From Priapulus caudatus (taxonomy: Eukaryota): 64,000 bases of DNA. Of this stretch, positions 58,499 to 64,000 are shown piece after piece; the first letter of the stretch is position 1; every line of letters begins with the position of its first letter. The translations under genes and the position numbers were made by a program. The stretch covers positions 281,233-345,232 of the forward strand of contig NW_014577072.1 of NCBI RefSeq assembly GCF_000485595.1. The letters are read 5' to 3'. The notes under the pieces were generated by a model. The model saw only the letters and a program-made list of their open reading frames with translations. It was not told the origin of the DNA and made no database searches.

Positions 58499-58660
58499 CC
58501 GCCACGGCGAGGCTTCGCGCTTAGCTCCATCACACCTCCTCAACACACCGGCAAACGGACCAAACTGCTCGCCGCTGAATATCTTCGCGTTTGTCCATAT
58601 GCCGAGCCCGGCGGGCGAACAGTGCGCTTCACGACATTCTAGTCTCTTCGGCAGCTCCAT
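58499..58660 (-). CDS. PRDM3/16: PRDM3/16 coding exon 1 (N-terminal part of the PR/SET domain); the start codon is tentative
   Basis: Translates MELPKRLECREAHCSPAGLGIWTNAKIFSGEQFGPFAGVLRRCDGAKREASPWR, with the PR-domain motifs AGLGIW and GEQFGPF. Ends at a phase-0 CGG|gtaagt donor. The ATG is directly preceded by cag, so this could instead be an internal exon. Confidence 0.85.
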
Positions 58661-58812
58661 CTGATCGGGTTTGCACACTGATAACTTTGACGTCACCGCG
58701 GATACGGATGTCTGTTGACTCCACGCGACGAAAAAAGGCTGAGGCGTTCTCTCCGTGACGATGTGAGCCTCGTGAAAAAGCACTGCTGCAGCGAATAGAA
58801 CACACCCGAGTC

Positions 58813-58825
58813 TATTATATATACA
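58813..58825 (-). promoter_or_regulatory. Candidate TATA box upstream of coding exon 1
   Basis: TATATATATAATA on the minus strand, about 155-165 nt upstream of the ATG at 58660, with no other ATG in the open frame between them. Positional inference only. Confidence 0.35.
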
Positions 58826-60428
58826 GACTGCCGCGGTCGTTAACAAGTCAGATGCGATGACAACAACTATAGTGTTTTTTACCTGTTACTTATCTTATAA
58901 AAACGCGAAATTCTTGCCGTTAATTTATTTCGCCCTTCTAAACTCAACGTGACACCGGGCCAGCATTTAATTGACCGTGATCTTCCATCGGCCTGATCGA
59001 TCATAAATTACATTCCCAGCTACATCGGCGCACACACTTATTCACCCAAATGTCAGCGCGCAAACATTGCAGGCCTATGCATAATGTAATGCGCGAGTAT
59101 GCGGCGCAGTGGACGGTGGGGTAGAACGCTCCGATGTGGCCTCTGAAAGTCGACTACCTGTCTAATTGTGTTCGCATGACGCATCCAATTTTATCACATT
59201 TGCATCACAAAGAGACAGCGTCGTAACCGTAGCGATGGCCGCCACCTGATAGCAACAGCTGAATTCAATGCCTCTCTTCCTTACTCAAACAAAATTCGTG
59301 AATGCCGAGCCGTTTTAAATTTTAAAGCATCGGGGGGAAGATAACACTGGTTGCATTCACGCCGCACTGAATTATAAATGTGATCACGTTATGAATAGTG
59401 ATGCTATCATTCTGCAGCGTTCCCTACGAGTAGCAAACTATTATGATGCGCGAAAGACAGAAGAGCTGCTCAATAATAGACAGCGGATCTCGGCTTTTAT
59501 GCAGGCCCGAGGAAAATGCGCTGAGCAGCTCGCTCTCAACAAATAAAATATGGAAAAAATATAACTCGAGGAAACCTTTTCAGATCCTGCATCGAAGTTA
59601 GAGCTTGGTAAAGTATTACAGCAGATCATTAAAACCCTGACAACACGTGGTGATCACAACATCGTATTTGCCGTGTGTAAACGCTCGCCCGTATAGCTGT
59701 TTGAACGTGATATGCCTTCCATTGCATAGCTAACCCGTCACGCGCTGCTTGCGTTGACTAAAGATCAAAGATCGTTAAATATTAAAACAACGAATCTCTT
59801 CGAAATCAATCAAGGAGTAGTTAGCACCGGGTTCGAACACATACTGCACGGTTTATGCGGATAAAAAATTAATGAATATTCGACTTCCAAGTGTAACTAT
59901 AATTCCATACCACATATCAATTTGGACAATGCTTACACGCAATTATCTCAAATTTTCAGATTTTTCCCTGACTAGATACACTATTCGATGCCTTTCAAAA
60001 AGTAGGGTATACACAGCTGTATAGAAACCGCCAGTCTAGACACAGGCTAAGTCAATAGCTGTAGGATATTAAAGAAGATTTTGTGGGTGCACTCTGCCCA
60101 CATATGAGCAGGGAAAGACACTTTGGCTTGCTAGCACGCAACGTAGCATGAGAACGTATCTGTCGGGGCCGAGTGAGGCGAGGCGTAAGTGGTCATCCGA
60201 TGTCGATCCCACGGCGCGGCGTCGTCGCATCTCGAGCGATACCTATCGACAGTGCATCGTCCCCTCCCCCGCCGCGTCGATCGATCACCGATGAGAAAAC
60301 GCTGCTCGTCGCGTAAAACGCAGCCCTTCCCCGCCACCCTCCCCCCTGCCGTCCGCGTCGCCGGTAACTTCCTGCAGTGACAGGTTTAGTCTGATCAATG
60401 CTGGCGCACTTGGCGGCGAGCGATGCCG

Positions 60429-60459
<31 letters not shown>

Positions 60460-61004
60460 CTATAATGGGAGCTGCCACTATGCGTCGTTTCCTGAAAAAC
60501 TGTTTTCGCTCAAACTCGCGGCTCGCGCGACACAATTAGCGAGCGTTTGCATAAACGGCAATGACAGGAAGTAGGAATCATTGCTTCCTTGGCGACGGTG
60601 AGTCCATCGGCAGCGATGTAGACATATAGGCCCTCATATATTATATAGTCGTTGGGATCAACATATCGCGCCACTACAGCACCATGCAGCGCGGTGGCGC
60701 GTTCTCACGGACCCCGATTTTTCCCCAAACTCAAACTGATACCTGGATGCATGCGTAGGTGTAGTCAGTGCGCGAACACAAAGTAAGGATAGCGCGTCTA
60801 GACCATGTATATAGGGCATAACTGATTTCGAATGCAGCGCAGTGCGTGACGAATCTTTCCCCAGCCAATCGATTTTTATCATAACGATTGTCAGCATCAA
60901 CGTTACTGCGAAATACAAATTGTGCATTCTTTAACTATTCGTTACTACTATACAACCATCTATAACCCACGATATTCAATTACATATAATACATATATAA
61001 TTCA

Positions 61005-61168
<164 letters not shown>

Positions 61169-62669
61169 ACTATATATAGTGTAGTGATTANNNNNNNNNN
61201 GTGCTGTCAACGTTTCCAAACTGTCAAACAACTCTGCCCGGACTCTAGCTTCGATCTCTTCTAGGCGATTTGTCACCCGCCGCACTGGCGCTCAATAGGT
61301 GCTCCCCAACGGCCAATACTGCGAAGGTTTTCATTAATCTGGGAGAATACCCACATTATCTGCTGCTGTCACTTACGGCTGGCTGATCTGTGAGTATGTT
61401 GACGCTATCATCGGTATGAGGAATCTGCAGAGAGGAAATGAGCTTGACGAGAGCGTGGATTTCAATAGAGTCTGTCAGCTAGGCGATCAGTTGTCTATCG
61501 TCAAGTCTGCCATGGGAAACGATTAATGTTGTTTTGTGTCAGTACACGCTGATCTCTTAGGGATATAATGGGTGCGGTGGACTAGGACTAGTGCTATAGA
61601 TACTAGTACTGTTCGTTCCTCAGTCTGGTAACATACAAATGCCTGAATTGCAAAATGTAGATTGCATTTTGTTTATGATTGCATGACGATTATAGCTATA
61701 GTGACATATCGCCAATTTCCTACGCGTGAATTATAGGACCAGACTTTAAACTTTAGCATTGCATAACTGGCTCCTGCGCTATTTACACCCTTCCCGCCTA
61801 GTTTACATTCTATTTGAGAAAGCACAAAGAAAACCAACAGTATATACAAAGCCTCTAAACAAGTGGCGTCTCACACCCACATGTGCAAATTGTGTTCAAA
61901 CAGTATAGTTTACTGAATGTCTTTGCCTTTCTCAGTTATCCAAACCTATCCATAATATTGGCATCCTGATCTGCAGTAACTTAGCCAGGCCGTGCACAAA
62001 CACAGGTTCGTACTAAGTCCTTGAAGAATAAGGTCAAGCCTGACGAGTAAAGTTCACTGATCCTGGGTTATGTAAGGTCCTGACAGACTTAGCAGCGAAG
62101 GCTAATTAATGTGGGCAGCGCCTTTGTGATCACTGAGCCAGAATTCAAAATACTTACCAGGAGAAAAGCACGAAGCTGCATCCATCCCGTTAGCAAATAT
62201 AGAAACTGCCTCTCGAACGACCATATAGACGTTCGAAGGCAACACATATATAGAACCACACACTCCACAGCTTCGATTTGTCTTAGTTGAAAGGACAAGC
62301 CGTCCATTAATGCATAAACGACGCTTCCGCGTTCTACCCATGAATATGAACGGCTAGATCAGCCAAATCAGATTTGTGACTTGTATAACAGGAAAGATAT
62401 CCCGCTGTAATTTCTGAACACATAGGAAAGGGAATGGCGACGATATAATGAATCTAATCCAGCCACACAGGAAGACCACGTCATTCGTTGTAATACCGGT
62501 AATATTTTTTTTATAACATATCGTCTCATGTCTCATAAACATGAAATCACATTAATGAGATTCGCTACTCATTTAATAGACGCGGCTTTTGCATTTACTG
62601 ATTATTTATATTTATCTACTGGTATGTTCGCCTACTAATCTGTCTATTTGTCTGCTTACCTGTCTGCTT

Positions 62670-62846
62670 TTCTGTCTGTCCGTATGTATGTATGTATGTA
62701 TGTCGGTCTGTCGGTCTGTCGGTCTGTCGGTCTGTCGGTCTGTCGGTCTGTCGGTCTGTCGGTCTGTCGGTTTGTCGGTCTGTCTATCTGTCTGCCTGCC
62801 ATCCTGCCTGCTCGCTACCTACCTATTACCTATACCTACCTATCTC

Positions 62847-62935
<89 letters not shown>
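62670..62935. repeat. Compound repeat (TATG)n-(TCGGTCTG)n-(TCTA)n-(TC)n-(TA)n
   Basis: Direct read. Confidence 0.95.
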
Positions 62936-62941
<6 letters not shown>

Positions 62942-64000
62942 AACACATATATGGAGTTTGCGATTTTCATGCAGATATACATACCTGTTGGTTTACAATT
63001 CAACGTCAAGTGCGGATATATGCCTGTTTTCAGATCAATGCATTCAAATCCACCCGCGGTACAAATCCACACAAACAGGCATGCAGCCACGAAGGCAACG
63101 CAGCTATAGAACACGATTCACATCTACATATACATCGTCGTGATGGCACCGAGCAGGTTACGTTCACACAACCAGCATCTCCGCAGGTCAGACTACAAAT
63201 GACCCTTTAGGATGAGTTAACCTCCAGTAGATCGCCAAACCTAGCACCTTACGCGGGCACGGACACCTGCGGAGTGGCACAACACAACACAGATAGCCTG
63301 CGCCATTGTCTTACCTATCACTGATTAAACATCACATATTGAGTCTTGGCTAATCCGACAAGTGAGAAAGGACAGCCTGCAAGGAGAGCACGTAGGCAGC
63401 GAGAGGCCGGTGATGCTAATCCTATACGCACATGTGATGATGAAGCGCCCCTCCGACTACCCTCGCCCCCTATGTCATCTGAAATTGTTATGACTTAACC
63501 ATGGAGTGTTAATTAGGACTCTACCTGTGTACACTACTGCAGCTCCCCAACTAGTGCAAATAACTGAAGATAAAGTGTTAATCCACTGGAGCCAGGATAT
63601 CAGTTAGCAAGACCAGACAGACTAGATCTGATTCTAAATATGTTGCGTTGATACGATGTACCTTGCAAAGGACCTTGCCCTGACAAAAGACAAAAGGCAG
63701 TAACACGGACAAACAATGTACCCGCAGCTCCTAGTTAATGCAGCCTAATGTATATCTAACGGGCCCTGACAATGCCCGCGAAATCTGCGACAATATAAGA
63801 ATTTTGACACAAGTCAACTATCTCTTAACACGAAAGAAAAATGTCAAAACACTTCATGTGCAAATTCTCTCTAAACGCTATTGTAGTAGGCCTACCTACT
63901 ACGACAGTATTAAGAGAGAATTAATTGTTTATGAACGAATCTTCTCCCCAGCACGGATATCAAACTACTTGCTGCTAATGCAAAAGTAAAAATAACCATT

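Noticed and set aside
61201..61285. Coiled-coil-like peptide RRVTNRLEEIEARVRAELFDSLETLTA
   Set aside because: There is an in-frame stop just upstream, I found no phase-compatible splice, and it is cut by an N gap.

Overview
This is animal (probably invertebrate) nuclear DNA. It is dominated by one minus-strand gene, the PRDM3/PRDM16 (MECOM-EVI1 / hamlet / egl-43) orthologue. I could splice seven coding exons by hand: 58660-58499, 22628-22494, 9600-9492, 8349-8148, 7950-7803, 7429-7271 and 6978-4885. They give a 3009-nt frame (1002 aa if the ATG at 58660 is the start) encoding a PR/SET domain, 7 N-terminal zinc fingers, a PLDLS CtBP motif, 3 C-terminal fingers, an acidic tract and an extra terminal C2H2 finger. 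The model needs a GC-AG intron (7802-7430) whose donor has a competing out-of-frame GT 4 nt downstream. Intron 1 (35.9 kb as assembled) holds three blocks that each occur twice, in the order A-B-A'-C-B'-C'. The blocks are joined at microsatellites or an N-gap and differ by scattered single-base indels, so about 13.8 kb is probably an assembly artefact. The introns also hold a fold-back MITE with P-element-like ends and an 8-bp flanking duplication, a second degenerate MITE, a 76-nt hairpin and many microsatellites. Almost all other ORFs in the track are repeat or antisense artefacts. I found no evidence for a wholly new biological system; the best leads are gene-level oddities.
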